This document shows positions 18,972 through 29,297 of a DNA stretch of 64,000 nt, in pieces. This DNA comes from an uncultured Gammaproteobacteria bacterium. GTDB taxonomy: Bacteria; Patescibacteriota; Microgenomatia; Levybacterales; UBA12049. The position numbers and the translations under genes are program-made. Under the pieces are notes generated by a model. The model had not been told where the DNA came from. It made no database searches and was given only the letters and a program-made list of their open reading frames with translations. The stretch's first letter is position 1. Each line of letters opens with the position of its first letter. The stretch covers positions 11,688 through 75,687 of the forward strand of contig CAZZCX010000003.1 of assembly GCA_964653195.1 (NCBI GenBank), in the 5' to 3' direction.

Positions 18972-21320
18972 ATGGATTACCGCTCACACAGACGAAAAAA
19001 TAGACGCCAACGTCGACCTTATCTCAGTAAATCCCGTTTATTTAATATATTTACTATTAATAAGCTCACTCGTTATATTTTCTTTGGAATAATAGCTGGT
19101 ATTATTTTTATAGCTTCTCTCTTTATATACTACAGTTTCCAGCTTCCTCAACCCGGCAAAATCGCTGAATCTAAATATTCTGATGCGACTCGGATTTATG
19201 ATAGATCAGGTGAGTTATTATATTCAGTTTATGCTGATGAAAATAGAACATATATCAAGCTAGATAAAATTTCTAAAAAACTTCAGGATGCTACGATTGC
19301 GATTGAAGATGAGAATTTTTACAAAAATAAAGGTTTTGACCCTTTTGGACCAATGCGTATAATTAAAAATTTGATCTTACGTCAGCGTGCTATTGGTGCA
19401 TCAAGTATAACTCAACAACTCGTGAAAAACATTCTTCTCACAAACGAACGAAGTATTCCTAGAAAAGTTAAGGAATTGATATTGGCGATTCAGGTGGATA
19501 GTAAATTTTCAAAAGATCAAATCCTCGAGATGTATTTAAATAATATTCCATATGGAGGCACTGCGATAGGTGCTGAGGCTGCTTCTCAAACTTACTTCGG
19601 CAAAGCTGCAAATGAACTTGATTTGGCAGAGTCTGCTTTTTTAGCTGGACTTCCACAAAGTCCTAGTGTTTATTCTCCATTTACAGGTAACAAATATTAT
19701 GTGGACCGCACAAAAGCAGTACTAAAGCAAATGGTAAGCAATAGGTATATAAGTCAGAAAGAGTCTGATAATGCTTTAAAAAAGATAGATAATTATAAAT
19801 TTTCTAAGCAAGATACAGCAATGAAAGCTCCGCATTTCGTGCTTTATGTAAAAGAACTTCTTGCACGTCAATTTGGTGAACAAGTAGTAGAAAGAGGCGG
19901 TCTGCAAGTTACAACTACACTAGATTATAAACTTCAAAAAGATGCAGAAAAAATAATCCGTGAAGAAATTGATAATCTTGAAGATTATCACGTAGGTAAT
20001 GGCGCAGCGATGATAAATGATCCTAAGACTGGTGAGATATTGACTCTAATAGGAAGTAAAGATTATTTTGCTGATCCATTACCTGAAAATTGCACATCGG
20101 GTAAAGATTGTATTTTCGAACCAAACTATAATACTGCATTTGCGAAAAGACAGCCCGGCTCTTCTCTTAAACCAATTATTTATGCAGAAGCATTTGAAAA
20201 AGGTTTTACGCCGGCAACTTTACTTATGGATGTAAAAACTAATTTTCAGTCTGGATCAGCTGACAAACCTTATGCACCAGCAAATTACAGCGGTAAGTAT
20301 CAAGGACCAGTTCAAATTCGTTTTGCTTTAGGGAATTCTCTAAATATTCCTGCTGTAAAAACACTCGCTATGATAGGCATAAAAGATGCTATGCAAAAAG
20401 CATATGAAATGGGAATTGAAGATTGGGAACCAACAGAGGAAACTATGAAAAATGTCGGATTATCATTGGTGTTGGGCGGTCGAGAGACTAGCTTATATAA
20501 CGAGATGGTCGCTTATGGGACTTTTGCAAATAGCGGAATCAGAAAAGATCCTGTGACTATTTTGAAGGTATCTGATAATAAAGGAAAAAGTTTATTTGAA
20601 CATAAGGATAGAAGCGGAATTAGAGCATTATCTGAAGATGTATCATTTCTCATTTCGCATATACTCTTGGATAATGTGGCAAGATCCCAAGAGTTCGGTT
20701 CGCGGTCACTTTTAGTAATACCTGGGAAAACAGTGGCTGTTAAGACAGGAACTACAGATGAGAAACGCGATAACTGGACAATAGGATATACGCCTTCAAG
20801 AGTAGTCGGTGTTTGGGTCGGGAATAATGATAATAGTGCGATGAATCCCAAGATAGCATCAGGTGTTACTGGCGCTTCATCTATCTGGCATAAAATAATG
20901 GTTTTAGCCTTAAAAAATAAATCTAATGAAGAGTTTGCGAAACCTGAAAATGTTTTCGCAATGCAGGTGGATTCGTTTACCGGTATGCTTCCTGTGGAGG
21001 GCAAACCTACAAGATCAGAGTATTTTATCAAAGGAACTGAGCCTACTATTAAATCATTAATATACCAGAACAAGGATGGTCAGGATTATATGGTTTTTCG
21101 AGAAGATGATCCATTATCTTATGATAGTACAAATCGTTGGCAAGAGGGTATTAATTCATGGATTGAGGAATTTCATAAAGACGATCCTAAGTATCATCCT
21201 CCAGGTGATATTCTTGATGTGAATAAACCGAAAGAAAAAGAGGAAAAAACAGAGGATAATAATGAAAATAATAAACCAACGAATACTCCTTTTCCTTCAG
21301 ATACCCCGACCCCTACTTAA
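18972..21320 (+). CDS. Class A penicillin-binding protein (PBP1A family)
   Basis: Transglycosylase EDENF/GASSITQQLVKN/RKVKE; transpeptidase SSLK, SLN, KTGTT. Confidence 0.93.
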   Translation: MDYRSHRRKNRRQRRPYLSKSRLFNIFTINKLTRYIFFGIIAGIIFIASLFIYYSFQLPQPGKIAESKYSDATRIYDRSGELLYSVYADENRTYIKLDKISKKLQDATIAIEDENFYKNKGFDPFGPMRIIKNLILRQRAIGASSITQQLVKNILLTNERSIPRKVKELILAIQVDSKFSKDQILEMYLNNIPYGGTAIGAEAASQTYFGKAANELDLAESAFLAGLPQSPSVYSPFTGNKYYVDRTKAVLKQMVSNRYISQKESDNALKKIDNYKFSKQDTAMKAPHFVLYVKELLARQFGEQVVERGGLQVTTTLDYKLQKDAEKIIREEIDNLEDYHVGNGAAMINDPKTGEILTLIGSKDYFADPLPENCTSGKDCIFEPNYNTAFAKRQPGSSLKPIIYAEAFEKGFTPATLLMDVKTNFQSGSADKPYAPANYSGKYQGPVQIRFALGNSLNIPAVKTLAMIGIKDAMQKAYEMGIEDWEPTEETMKNVGLSLVLGGRETSLYNEMVAYGTFANSGIRKDPVTILKVSDNKGKSLFEHKDRSGIRALSEDVSFLISHILLDNVARSQEFGSRSLLVIPGKTVAVKTGTTDEKRDNWTIGYTPSRVVGVWVGNNDNSAMNPKIASGVTGASSIWHKIMVLALKNKSNEEFAKPENVFAMQVDSFTGMLPVEGKPTRSEYFIKGTEPTIKSLIYQNKDGQDYMVFREDDPLSYDSTNRWQEGINSWIEEFHKDDPKYHPPGDILDVNKPKEKEEKTEDNNENNKPTNTPFPSDTPTPT

Positions 21321-21322
21321 TA

Positions 21323-23194
21323 TTATTTCAGCATCACATTTTTTTTCTGAAGCGCTTTAGTAATTTTTTCTCTTACAGGTGCTACGTCGCTAGTGGTTAG
21401 GTTTCTGTCAAAATTTAGATAAGTTATTCTAAATGTTTTTGTGTTCTGAAATTTGTCATAGAGCTCGACATTAGCGATAGTTAGACTTTGTTTTTTTATA
21501 AGATCAATAATCTCACTTACTTTTGCTGATACAGGAATTATAAAAGCCATATCTTCGATTATTGGCGGATATTTGGGTATAGGAATATATTGCCTGTATT
21601 GTATTTTGTCTGTCATAAGTAAATTAAAAGGAAATGAGAAATATATAAAGTTCTCATTCCATTCTATATATTTGTCAATAGATTCCGTTATATGAAAATC
21701 AGAGAATATACGTTCAATCAAACCTTTTACTTCAAAATAATTTTTGTTATTACTTATTCCCGCTACCTCGTAAAGTTCTTTAGCATTTTTTAAATTTTTT
21801 CCTAAATACACTTTTCCAATTTCAAAAATATTTATATTTTCAAAGTTTGGATTATTGAGCTTCATTGCTTTCATAAGATTGATTTTTAGGTTTGGCCTGA
21901 GATATTCAAACTCGCGGCTTACAGGATTATCCACTCTTAAAACCTCGCTTATATTGTAATTTATAGTATTTAAGTCATCTTCACTTATCAAACTATATGT
22001 CTGAATTTCACAATAAGATGAAGCAGTAAGTAAATTTTTAATTTTTAAATCTAGTCTATAATCTTTGAAATATGGTATTGATATTGTTGGGATATCACCT
22101 GTAGGAAGCGATTTTGGAAAGTTATTGTAGCCAAATATTCTTGCTACTTCTTCAATTAGATCCTCTTCAATTGTTAGATCTCCTCTATAGGTAGGTATTG
22201 TACATTCGACTAATTCCGATTTTAATACTGGATTAAGTAGGAGCCTTTTTAGTATTGAATGAACTTCCTTTGCAGGTATATTTATTCCCAATATATTATC
22301 AAGTCTTTTTAAGCTCAAATTTAACTTCCGGGGTTCAAAAGATTCCTTTTTCGCGTCAATTAATTTACTTGCTACTTCTCCTCCAGCTATTTCTTGGATA
22401 AGATTACTAGTTCTTTTTAATGTATCTAATGTGCCGCCAGGGTTTGCGCCTCTTTCAAATATTCTAGAAGCTTCGGACCATAAACTCAAACGTTGTGAAG
22501 TCCTCCTTATTAATTTACCGTTATATACTGCTACCAAAATAAGTATTGTAGTAGTGTCTTGAGTTATTCCGGAATTTAGACCGCCTTTAATACCACATAG
22601 ATCTATCACTTTATCACCATTTTTGAAGATAATCGCATTTTCAGGAAGTGAATAAGTTTTTCTATCAACACTTTCAAAGTTCTCACCACCTACAGACTTC
22701 ATTAAAGTCATTTCAGCATTATGGAGTTTGTCGTAATCGAATACATGTATTGGGTTTCCGGTTTCAAACATAACATAATTCGTGATGTCTACGAGATTAT
22801 TTATCGGGCGAAGACCCACGCTTTTTAGTCTCAATTGCATCCATTCAGGTGATGGTTCTTGTCTGACATTTTTAATAATAAGAGCGGAGTAACGTGAGCA
22901 AAGTTGAAAATCGTTATTTATTATTAAAGGGAGTTTCTTTGTAGGTTCATTGAGGTCATTTAGTTTTGGAAGTGTAAGTGGGGTATTTTGAATTGCTGCT
23001 ATTTCACGTGCCACTCCTATTATTGACATCCAATCAGGCCTATTCGGTGTTACCTCACAATCAAGCACTATTTCACCTTCTATTTTTTCATAGCTTTCAG
23101 TAGTCAGCCCTACCTCAGTCATCTTCCACATCAATTGACTTAATGGCAAATTTATTTTTACAAAATCTTCTAGCCAAGATAAAGGTGTTTTCAT
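21323..23194 (-). CDS. pheT: Phenylalanine--tRNA ligase beta subunit (short form)
   Basis: EVTPNRPD, INNLVDITNYVM, DLIEEVARIFG; B2 OB insertion apparently absent. Confidence 0.95.
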   Translation of the reverse strand: MKTPLSWLEDFVKINLPLSQLMWKMTEVGLTTESYEKIEGEIVLDCEVTPNRPDWMSIIGVAREIAAIQNTPLTLPKLNDLNEPTKKLPLIINNDFQLCSRYSALIIKNVRQEPSPEWMQLRLKSVGLRPINNLVDITNYVMFETGNPIHVFDYDKLHNAEMTLMKSVGGENFESVDRKTYSLPENAIIFKNGDKVIDLCGIKGGLNSGITQDTTTILILVAVYNGKLIRRTSQRLSLWSEASRIFERGANPGGTLDTLKRTSNLIQEIAGGEVASKLIDAKKESFEPRKLNLSLKRLDNILGINIPAKEVHSILKRLLLNPVLKSELVECTIPTYRGDLTIEEDLIEEVARIFGYNNFPKSLPTGDIPTISIPYFKDYRLDLKIKNLLTASSYCEIQTYSLISEDDLNTINYNISEVLRVDNPVSREFEYLRPNLKINLMKAMKLNNPNFENINIFEIGKVYLGKNLKNAKELYEVAGISNNKNYFEVKGLIERIFSDFHITESIDKYIEWNENFIYFSFPFNLLMTDKIQYRQYIPIPKYPPIIEDMAFIIPVSAKVSEIIDLIKKQSLTIANVELYDKFQNTKTFRITYLNFDRNLTTSDVAPVREKITKALQKKNVMLK

Positions 23195-23195
23195 A

Positions 23196-24233
23196 TCAAA
23201 ATTGATTTATTATTCTCAGATCAGGGTTTGTGAGTATTCTTAAATCATCCATTTGATAACGTAGTGTTGCTATTCTAGATAGTCCTATTGCAAACGCAAA
23301 ACCATTAACTTTTTTCGGATCGTGTCCAGCTGCTTTTAATACATTTGGATGTATCATTCCAGCCGGCATAATTTCACTCCAGCCACTTTTTTTACAAAAA
23401 CTACAACCTTTACCAATACATATTGTACATTCCATATATGTATCCACTCCCGGTTCTACAAATGGAAAATTAGTTGTAGCAAATCGCAGTTTTATATTCT
23501 TTCCCATTAATTTTCTTAAAACATAATCAATTGTTCCGAAAAGATCAGTAAGGCGTACATTAGTGTCAATTAGAAAGCCTTCAACCTGCCAGAATTCAAA
23601 CCCATGGGAAGCGTCAACTTGTTCATATCGATAATTCTTACCTGGAACGATACACCTTATAGGAGGTTTAATTTTTTCCATAACGCGTCCTTGCATTGCT
23701 GAGGTTTGTGTACGAAGTATAATTTCGCCGGGATTTATTTTTTCATTACGTGTATCTAGGAATAAGGTTTGCTGCATGTCTCTTGCTGGATGATCCTTTG
23801 GTATATTTAAAGCTTCAAAATTATAATAATCTGATTCTATCTCTGGTCCATCAGCAGCCTGAAATCCTAGAGTCTTAAAAACATCTATGACATCAAATAG
23901 AACATGCGTTAAAGGATGCAAGTGACCGATTTGTGGTTTAAGTCCTGGTTCAGTTGTATCAAATTCAATCTTTTTAGTTTTTGTTTGTTTATTCTCTAAT
24001 TCATCTCGCTTTTGTCTGATAGTTGTTTCAAGTATCTCTTTGACTTCATTTAATAATTTTCCAACTGAAGGCTTTTCTTCAATTGGGACGTTTTTTATCT
24101 CTTTCATTAATATGGCCAAGGAACCATTTTTACCTAAGAACTGCATACGAAATTCTTCAATTTCACTCACATCTTGCGCATCAAGTATCATAGGAAGTGC
24201 TGCGTTTTTTATATTTATCAGTTTTCTTTCCAT
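23196..24233 (-). CDS. pheS: Phenylalanine--tRNA ligase alpha subunit
   Basis: HPARDMQ, LRTQTS, FPFVEP, GFAFAIG. Confidence 0.97.
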   Translation of the reverse strand: MERKLINIKNAALPMILDAQDVSEIEEFRMQFLGKNGSLAILMKEIKNVPIEEKPSVGKLLNEVKEILETTIRQKRDELENKQTKTKKIEFDTTEPGLKPQIGHLHPLTHVLFDVIDVFKTLGFQAADGPEIESDYYNFEALNIPKDHPARDMQQTLFLDTRNEKINPGEIILRTQTSAMQGRVMEKIKPPIRCIVPGKNYRYEQVDASHGFEFWQVEGFLIDTNVRLTDLFGTIDYVLRKLMGKNIKLRFATTNFPFVEPGVDTYMECTICIGKGCSFCKKSGWSEIMPAGMIHPNVLKAAGHDPKKVNGFAFAIGLSRIATLRYQMDDLRILTNPDLRIINQF

Positions 24234-24274
24234 ATAAACATTTTAACAGAATATAATGATTTCTTGAATATGTC

Positions 24275-25627
24275 TTAGCCCCTTTTTACTAAGAGAAATC
24301 TTGTAAGATTATCTTTTTGATCTTGAAGATTTTCAGCAATAATATCTAAATTGTATTTAAGAGCTAAGCCAGAGGGACCTAATATTGCAGTAGATTTTGG
24401 AATTTTCATTTTTGCTAAGTAATTTGCAGCCTTCGCTGTATCTATTAAATCTCCTTTTCCGCTTATTTGTTTATACTTATTAAATTTATTTTTCAAAGTA
24501 TTTTTACATTGTGCAAAAACTTGTGGGTGTGCGATTATGGTAGTAATTTCAGAAATATCTACGTCACTTCTTTTCATTAAAAAGTGTCTAATTAGAATAT
24601 TAAAATCAGAAACAATAACTGATGAATATTTAGCTAGAGCATTCATTGACTCTTCTACTATTCCTCCCGTAGAGTTTGTAATAGCGAAAAGACCGTAATC
24701 AATATATCCAAGTTGTAAGCTCTTAAGTACTTTCTCAGATGTATAAAGATATTTTATTTTATAAGGAAGACTTTTTTTTAGATTATTAGAATAAAGATTA
24801 TTTATAAAGTACATCAAAGCTTCTTCATTGAAGCTTACCTTGCCGCCTTGAATTCCATATGTTATGTATTTACTGTTTACGTAATTTGGTAGTAATTGGT
24901 TGTAGAGACGATTATAAGCCTTGCCTAGTTTTAAGCGCATTCTTTTTGTAAAGGGATTATATATTTGTAAATCAGTAAACAATTGCCAAGTGTCATTTAC
25001 TGTTTGTTCAGTTACTTCATGTAGCTTTTTTGAACCTAATGAATCAATAGGTGTAGGCGTAAAATGCACTTTTTCCAATAATCTGCCTATAAAATGAGTT
25101 AATCCTTGGGAATCTGCTGCAAGTCTGTCGTGTTTTTCGGCAGACATCTCAACTACATTTAGTTTTTTGCTTATGAAGTATTCTTTCCAAAATTGCATCG
25201 TTTCATCAGTGCACCTGAATTTGTCTATTATCATTGTTAAATTCGTAAATCCCTCCTTACTGCTATCAGGACCAAACATAGGGTGAGTCAGCATTGCCTG
25301 AATACTCGTATTTTTTAAATATCTAGTAAATACTTTTTTCGGATGTATTTTTACGGATAAAACATCAATTAAAATATTCCTTGTATTAAAAAACTTTTTA
25401 TGTTTTTTAATCACATTTTCAAAAACTGAGATAGGTACAGCGAAAAATGTGTAATCTGCTTTATAGATTTCTTCTAAAGATTTGGTAAATTTTGAATTTT
25501 TATTTAGTTCTATATTTTTTGAATTTAAACTACCTTTATCATATATTTGAACTAAAAAGTCATCCTTAATAAGTCTATATAAGGTTTTTCCGAACCTGCC
25601 AAAACCAATAATACTAATTGTTTTCAT
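24275..25627 (-). CDS. Prephenate dehydrogenase - prephenate dehydratase fusion
   Basis: N: GFGRFG, DVLSVK, HPMFGP, HD..A.SQ.LTH (TyrA); C: QGGKVSFNEEA, HPQVFAQC, TAKAA, NLTRFLLV (PDT, no ACT). Confidence 0.85.
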   Translation of the reverse strand: MKTISIIGFGRFGKTLYRLIKDDFLVQIYDKGSLNSKNIELNKNSKFTKSLEEIYKADYTFFAVPISVFENVIKKHKKFFNTRNILIDVLSVKIHPKKVFTRYLKNTSIQAMLTHPMFGPDSSKEGFTNLTMIIDKFRCTDETMQFWKEYFISKKLNVVEMSAEKHDRLAADSQGLTHFIGRLLEKVHFTPTPIDSLGSKKLHEVTEQTVNDTWQLFTDLQIYNPFTKRMRLKLGKAYNRLYNQLLPNYVNSKYITYGIQGGKVSFNEEALMYFINNLYSNNLKKSLPYKIKYLYTSEKVLKSLQLGYIDYGLFAITNSTGGIVEESMNALAKYSSVIVSDFNILIRHFLMKRSDVDISEITTIIAHPQVFAQCKNTLKNKFNKYKQISGKGDLIDTAKAANYLAKMKIPKSTAILGPSGLALKYNLDIIAENLQDQKDNLTRFLLVKRG

Positions 25628-25911
25628 TTTGCGTTTTTATTTATAAAGCTAGATTCTATTTTTAACGCAGCTTTGTGTATGAGTTCGTAAATATTTTTTA
25701 CCATATCGGCGTCAAGATTATGAGCTTTTGCCAGTGTTATTTTAGTTTTTAATACTTCTGTCCATCTGTTCTTATCTAACGGCGGTAAACCTTCTCTTTT
25801 CTTAAGTGCGCCTACTTGTTTAACTAACTTCATACGCATTGAGAGTAGTTCTATTATTTCTTCATCTACTATATCTATTTCATTTCTTAATAAAATTAAT
25901 GGGTTTTTCAT
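25624..25911 (-). CDS. Chorismate mutase (AroQ); likely start 25911 (MKNPLILL)
   Basis: LRNEIDIVDEEIIELLSMRM...VGALKK...DKNRW. Confidence 0.9.
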   Translation of the reverse strand: MKNPLILLRNEIDIVDEEIIELLSMRMKLVKQVGALKKREGLPPLDKNRWTEVLKTKITLAKAHNLDADMVKNIYELIHKAALKIESSFINKNAK

Positions 25912-25918
25912 ACTTTTA

Positions 25919-27448
25919 TTATAACCTATACCGTAAAGGTGAAAAATCTTCAGCAGGCATATTTCCTTCAATATTTTTTCCTATCTCATTATCGACTATA
26001 GCAATTGGTTCATTTTCTCCTCTAATTTTTCTATTCCAGCCTTTAATTAGGGCATGAGAGAGACTAACTAGTTCATTGCCTTGATCAAAAGTATTTAATT
26101 CATCATCCCACACGTCTAATGTGTCTTGTGCTTCATTCCTTCCAAAAGTTAATTCTAGTACATTTCTAGTATTTATGTCTCTTAATCCTTCTGGAGCTCT
26201 TTGCAGGGCTTGCGGGTCAGGATCTTTAGACATAATCTGCCATCTTTTAGTTAAAGTATTGTTGTCTTCGTCATCATTTAAACTGTCTATTGCTAAATCA
26301 CTTGCTAGACGAGCAGTTACTAAGCAATTAGCTAATGCAATTCCCGGAGACCTTTTACGATTATTTGTCCAATAAGATGGTCCGACAGCATCACCTACTG
26401 CCTTTAGATTTCTCATTCCCTTAACGCTGACACCATCAGTTGTCACGGTTCCTAACTGACTATAGTGAACTGATACACCGGCAATATGTTCTTCTCCTGT
26501 CATATTGTCTACGATCCTGACATTCCCGCCTTGATCAGAAAATCTTAATGCGATTTCTCTAAATTTATCATGAGCCATATGATTTCTCAGCAAATATGTT
26601 GTTTCTGTGTCTATTTGTCCATTAGGTAAATACACCGTACTATTAGCTAAATCATCTGTTTCATAGCAGCCAAATGCTGGTTGTCCATCTACTCTCTTTC
26701 TGCCAAAAGGGTGAAGCATGTTAATTGTTGTGCCTGTTATGGGTAATCCTGCTTTATAAAGTAGTTGAGTAGCTGAGTAATCTATAGGTATATTGGTCGA
26801 TTTATATAGTGAACCGCCAGCGTTTCCGTTTGCTAGAATTACCATCTCGGGACTTAACGAAAATCCTTCGTTCCTGTTTTGAGCTACATTTAGTTGAGTT
26901 ATTAAATTATGTTGTCGAGTTAGAGAATAAACTTCTCCTTGTAAAAATGCAATTCCCATATTTAAAGCTAGTCGTTTCAATTCTGATAAAATGCTGTAGC
27001 CCCGTCCTTTTCCGCCTTGATTAGGTACTCCCCATTGAGGACCAAACCATATCGGGTTATCGTGTACTAGTTCGGGATCAATATCTATAAGTCTTTTGTT
27101 CCATGTTTCTAATTCTTCAGCGAGTAATCCCGCAAAATGAATCATTTCTGGAGATTTATTGCCATCGTTTTGTTTTGATAAAAGTGAGACGACTTCAGCT
27201 TCTTGCTCAAATCTATCATCAGTTCTTGTTCCGGTTCCTCTTGCTCTGATTCGCATCCCGGCAATACGGGTATTGCTTTGGGGTCTTGGTTTTTCAATTA
27301 TTACGACTTGCATATCATCATTACATTTTTCGGCAAGTTGAATAGCTGTCAGTAGACCTGCAAAGCCTGCTCCAACTATACAGGTTAGAGGTTTATCACC
27401 TCTGAGTCTGCTTACTTCATTGAGACTATTTTTAGTAATAGATGGCAT
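25919..27448 (-). CDS. FAD-dependent oxidoreductase (NadB/SdhA-like fold), substrate unknown
   Basis: IVGAGFAG, IIEK, ILANG.AG, HYSQLG, NLKAVGD, SPGIALANCLV. Confidence 0.7.
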   Translation of the reverse strand: MPSITKNSLNEVSRLRGDKPLTCIVGAGFAGLLTAIQLAEKCNDDMQVVIIEKPRPQSNTRIAGMRIRARGTGTRTDDRFEQEAEVVSLLSKQNDGNKSPEMIHFAGLLAEELETWNKRLIDIDPELVHDNPIWFGPQWGVPNQGGKGRGYSILSELKRLALNMGIAFLQGEVYSLTRQHNLITQLNVAQNRNEGFSLSPEMVILANGNAGGSLYKSTNIPIDYSATQLLYKAGLPITGTTINMLHPFGRKRVDGQPAFGCYETDDLANSTVYLPNGQIDTETTYLLRNHMAHDKFREIALRFSDQGGNVRIVDNMTGEEHIAGVSVHYSQLGTVTTDGVSVKGMRNLKAVGDAVGPSYWTNNRKRSPGIALANCLVTARLASDLAIDSLNDDEDNNTLTKRWQIMSKDPDPQALQRAPEGLRDINTRNVLELTFGRNEAQDTLDVWDDELNTFDQGNELVSLSHALIKGWNRKIRGENEPIAIVDNEIGKNIEGNMPAEDFSPLRYRL

Positions 27449-27450
27449 AT

Positions 27451-28233
27451 TTATTTAATTGACTCCATTAATTTATCAAATTCATTCCAAGTGAGTTGTT
27501 GTTTGGCATCGGTTTTGGCATTTTTGGGATCTGGGTGAACTTCTATAATCCATCCATCATAAGAGTGTTTCCGAGCTTGCTTTGCAATTTTATGTACATT
27601 CTCGACAGTCCCGCCGGTATGTGATGGATCGAAGATCATGGGTAGCTGAAATTCCCGTCTTATCTCCATAGCCATTTCATGATCTGGAATATTTCGAAAG
27701 CTGTGTGGATTTGGTGAGTGCGGGACATGTGGTACAAATCCTCTATGACAGATCATAAATCTGTTTTTGGGCATATTAGCAGCTAAGACATGCTCTACTA
27801 TGCCTTCCCAATGTTTCTTATGATGCCATGGCTGATTTTTCACCATAAGTGTAATTCTTTCATCTTTTGCGACAAATTGAGCAATTTCTCTTTGTATGAA
27901 ATGGTTTTGATTTCTGGCACCGATCCATAGTAGTAGATTAGCTTTCGGGTTTTCCTGAAATACTACATCAGCTACGTGCTCAGCATGGCCTGGAGTGAGC
28001 ACCTCAACACCTGGATTCACTCCCTTTGAGACTGCAATTTTCAGAAAGTGAGAGCCATCCATTCCCAATCCTTCATATCCGGGTTTTGTTCTGGGTTTCC
28101 AGAGGGTGAGACGCATGAAATCTATATATGGTCGTTTGTTTATTTCCTTAATTGATGCGCGCAATACTTCATCAGATTCAGTATTGCACGGTCCTATAAT
28201 TAGGATAGGTTTTTTCGATTCTTTATTTTTCAT
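27451..28233 (-). CDS. DAHP synthase (class I-beta, catalytic barrel only)
   Basis: IGPC, WKPRT, WIGARN, CHRG, DPSH, IEVHPDP..AKTD.KQQL. Confidence 0.88.
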   Translation of the reverse strand: MKNKESKKPILIIGPCNTESDEVLRASIKEINKRPYIDFMRLTLWKPRTKPGYEGLGMDGSHFLKIAVSKGVNPGVEVLTPGHAEHVADVVFQENPKANLLLWIGARNQNHFIQREIAQFVAKDERITLMVKNQPWHHKKHWEGIVEHVLAANMPKNRFMICHRGFVPHVPHSPNPHSFRNIPDHEMAMEIRREFQLPMIFDPSHTGGTVENVHKIAKQARKHSYDGWIIEVHPDPKNAKTDAKQQLTWNEFDKLMESIK

Positions 28234-28235
28234 AT

Positions 28236-29150
28236 TTATAAAACTATCTTAGAAAAGTATGAACGTATTCCTTCTAGGTCTGTACTTTTTTTCAAGTACA
28301 TCATATCGAAAATTTCCATTTCTGATCTAGTTGGAATTGCAGCAGCATTTCCTAGTTTTGTGCATTGTAGACCACCAACAAAATTACCAAAAGTTGCGCA
28401 TTTTATATGATCCCAACCTTTTATAATCCCGTATGCAAATGCACCCCTGTATACATCGCCTGCGCCAACTGTGTCAATTACAGATACATCATACGCCTGG
28501 ATATGGCGCAATGTTTTGCCATCGTATATTAAACTTCCTAATTTACCCGCAGTTATTATAAGCTCTTTACCGTTATATAATTTTTGAATTGATTTCAACA
28601 AATCGTTTGAATCAATTTTTACCAGCGATTCTATAGGGAGTATAGGAAAATCAGCGTTTCGGATCATATCTAATGTAAATTCAGATATTTCAATAGATGG
28701 GTCAATTATTATCTTGGCTTCCAATTTTTTCTTGTCCATAATTTCATAAAACGCTGTTTTTTCATGTCTATCAATAATTATTAAATCGAATTGACGTAAA
28801 AATTTTCTATCAAGGTTTTTGATATCTAAATGAATAGTATTGCCTCGAATTTTCTCTCTCTGCCCTGTATCAATAGGTACTAGTATAGTATTTATCTTCG
28901 TCCTTTTTTGAATTTTATGATGTAATTTTATATTTTCGTGTTTTATAGTTTTTTTTATTATTTTAGCTTCTGAATCTCTCCCAAGAGATGTCACCAGAGT
29001 ACAATCTATATTCAATCTTGAGAGCACAATAAGAGCTGACAGTACGGGACCACCAACATGAGTCTTGGTTTTTATCACTTTTTTCTCCTTTAAATTGTTT
29101 ACCACAATTACTCTATCAATTATTGATTCACCTATGCCTAGTACTTTCAT
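28236..29150 (-). CDS. PfkB/ribokinase-family carbohydrate kinase
   Basis: N-terminal GGP motif; DTVGAGDVYRG. Confidence 0.9.
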   Translation of the reverse strand: MKVLGIGESIIDRVIVVNNLKEKKVIKTKTHVGGPVLSALIVLSRLNIDCTLVTSLGRDSEAKIIKKTIKHENIKLHHKIQKRTKINTILVPIDTGQREKIRGNTIHLDIKNLDRKFLRQFDLIIIDRHEKTAFYEIMDKKKLEAKIIIDPSIEISEFTLDMIRNADFPILPIESLVKIDSNDLLKSIQKLYNGKELIITAGKLGSLIYDGKTLRHIQAYDVSVIDTVGAGDVYRGAFAYGIIKGWDHIKCATFGNFVGGLQCTKLGNAAAIPTRSEMEIFDMMYLKKSTDLEGIRSYFSKIVL

Positions 29151-29167
29151 ATTTATTTTTTAACCAC

Positions 29168-29190
29168 AAAAAAACCTCCCTTTCGGGAGG
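29168..29190 (-). terminator. Attenuator terminator of the aromatic operon
   Basis: Minus strand CCTCCC-GAAA-GGGAGG-T7. Confidence 0.87.
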
Positions 29191-29216
29191 TCCAGTAATC
29201 TGGTTTTCACTAGTGT

Positions 29217-29285
29217 TTAAGCACTAGCTTTCCTCCCGGGTTGGGAAGTAAAATAAAACCAAAAATATGCAAAAGAGTTAGTCAT
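29217..29285 (-). CDS. Phe/Tyr/Trp-rich leader peptide MTNSFAYFWFYFTSQPGRKASA
   Basis: Hand-translated 22-aa ORF; 7 of residues 5-12 aromatic; starts 12 nt after the rplT stop. Confidence 0.88.
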   Translation of the reverse strand: MTNSFAYFWFYFTSQPGRKASA

Positions 29286-29297
29286 GTAATTATTATA

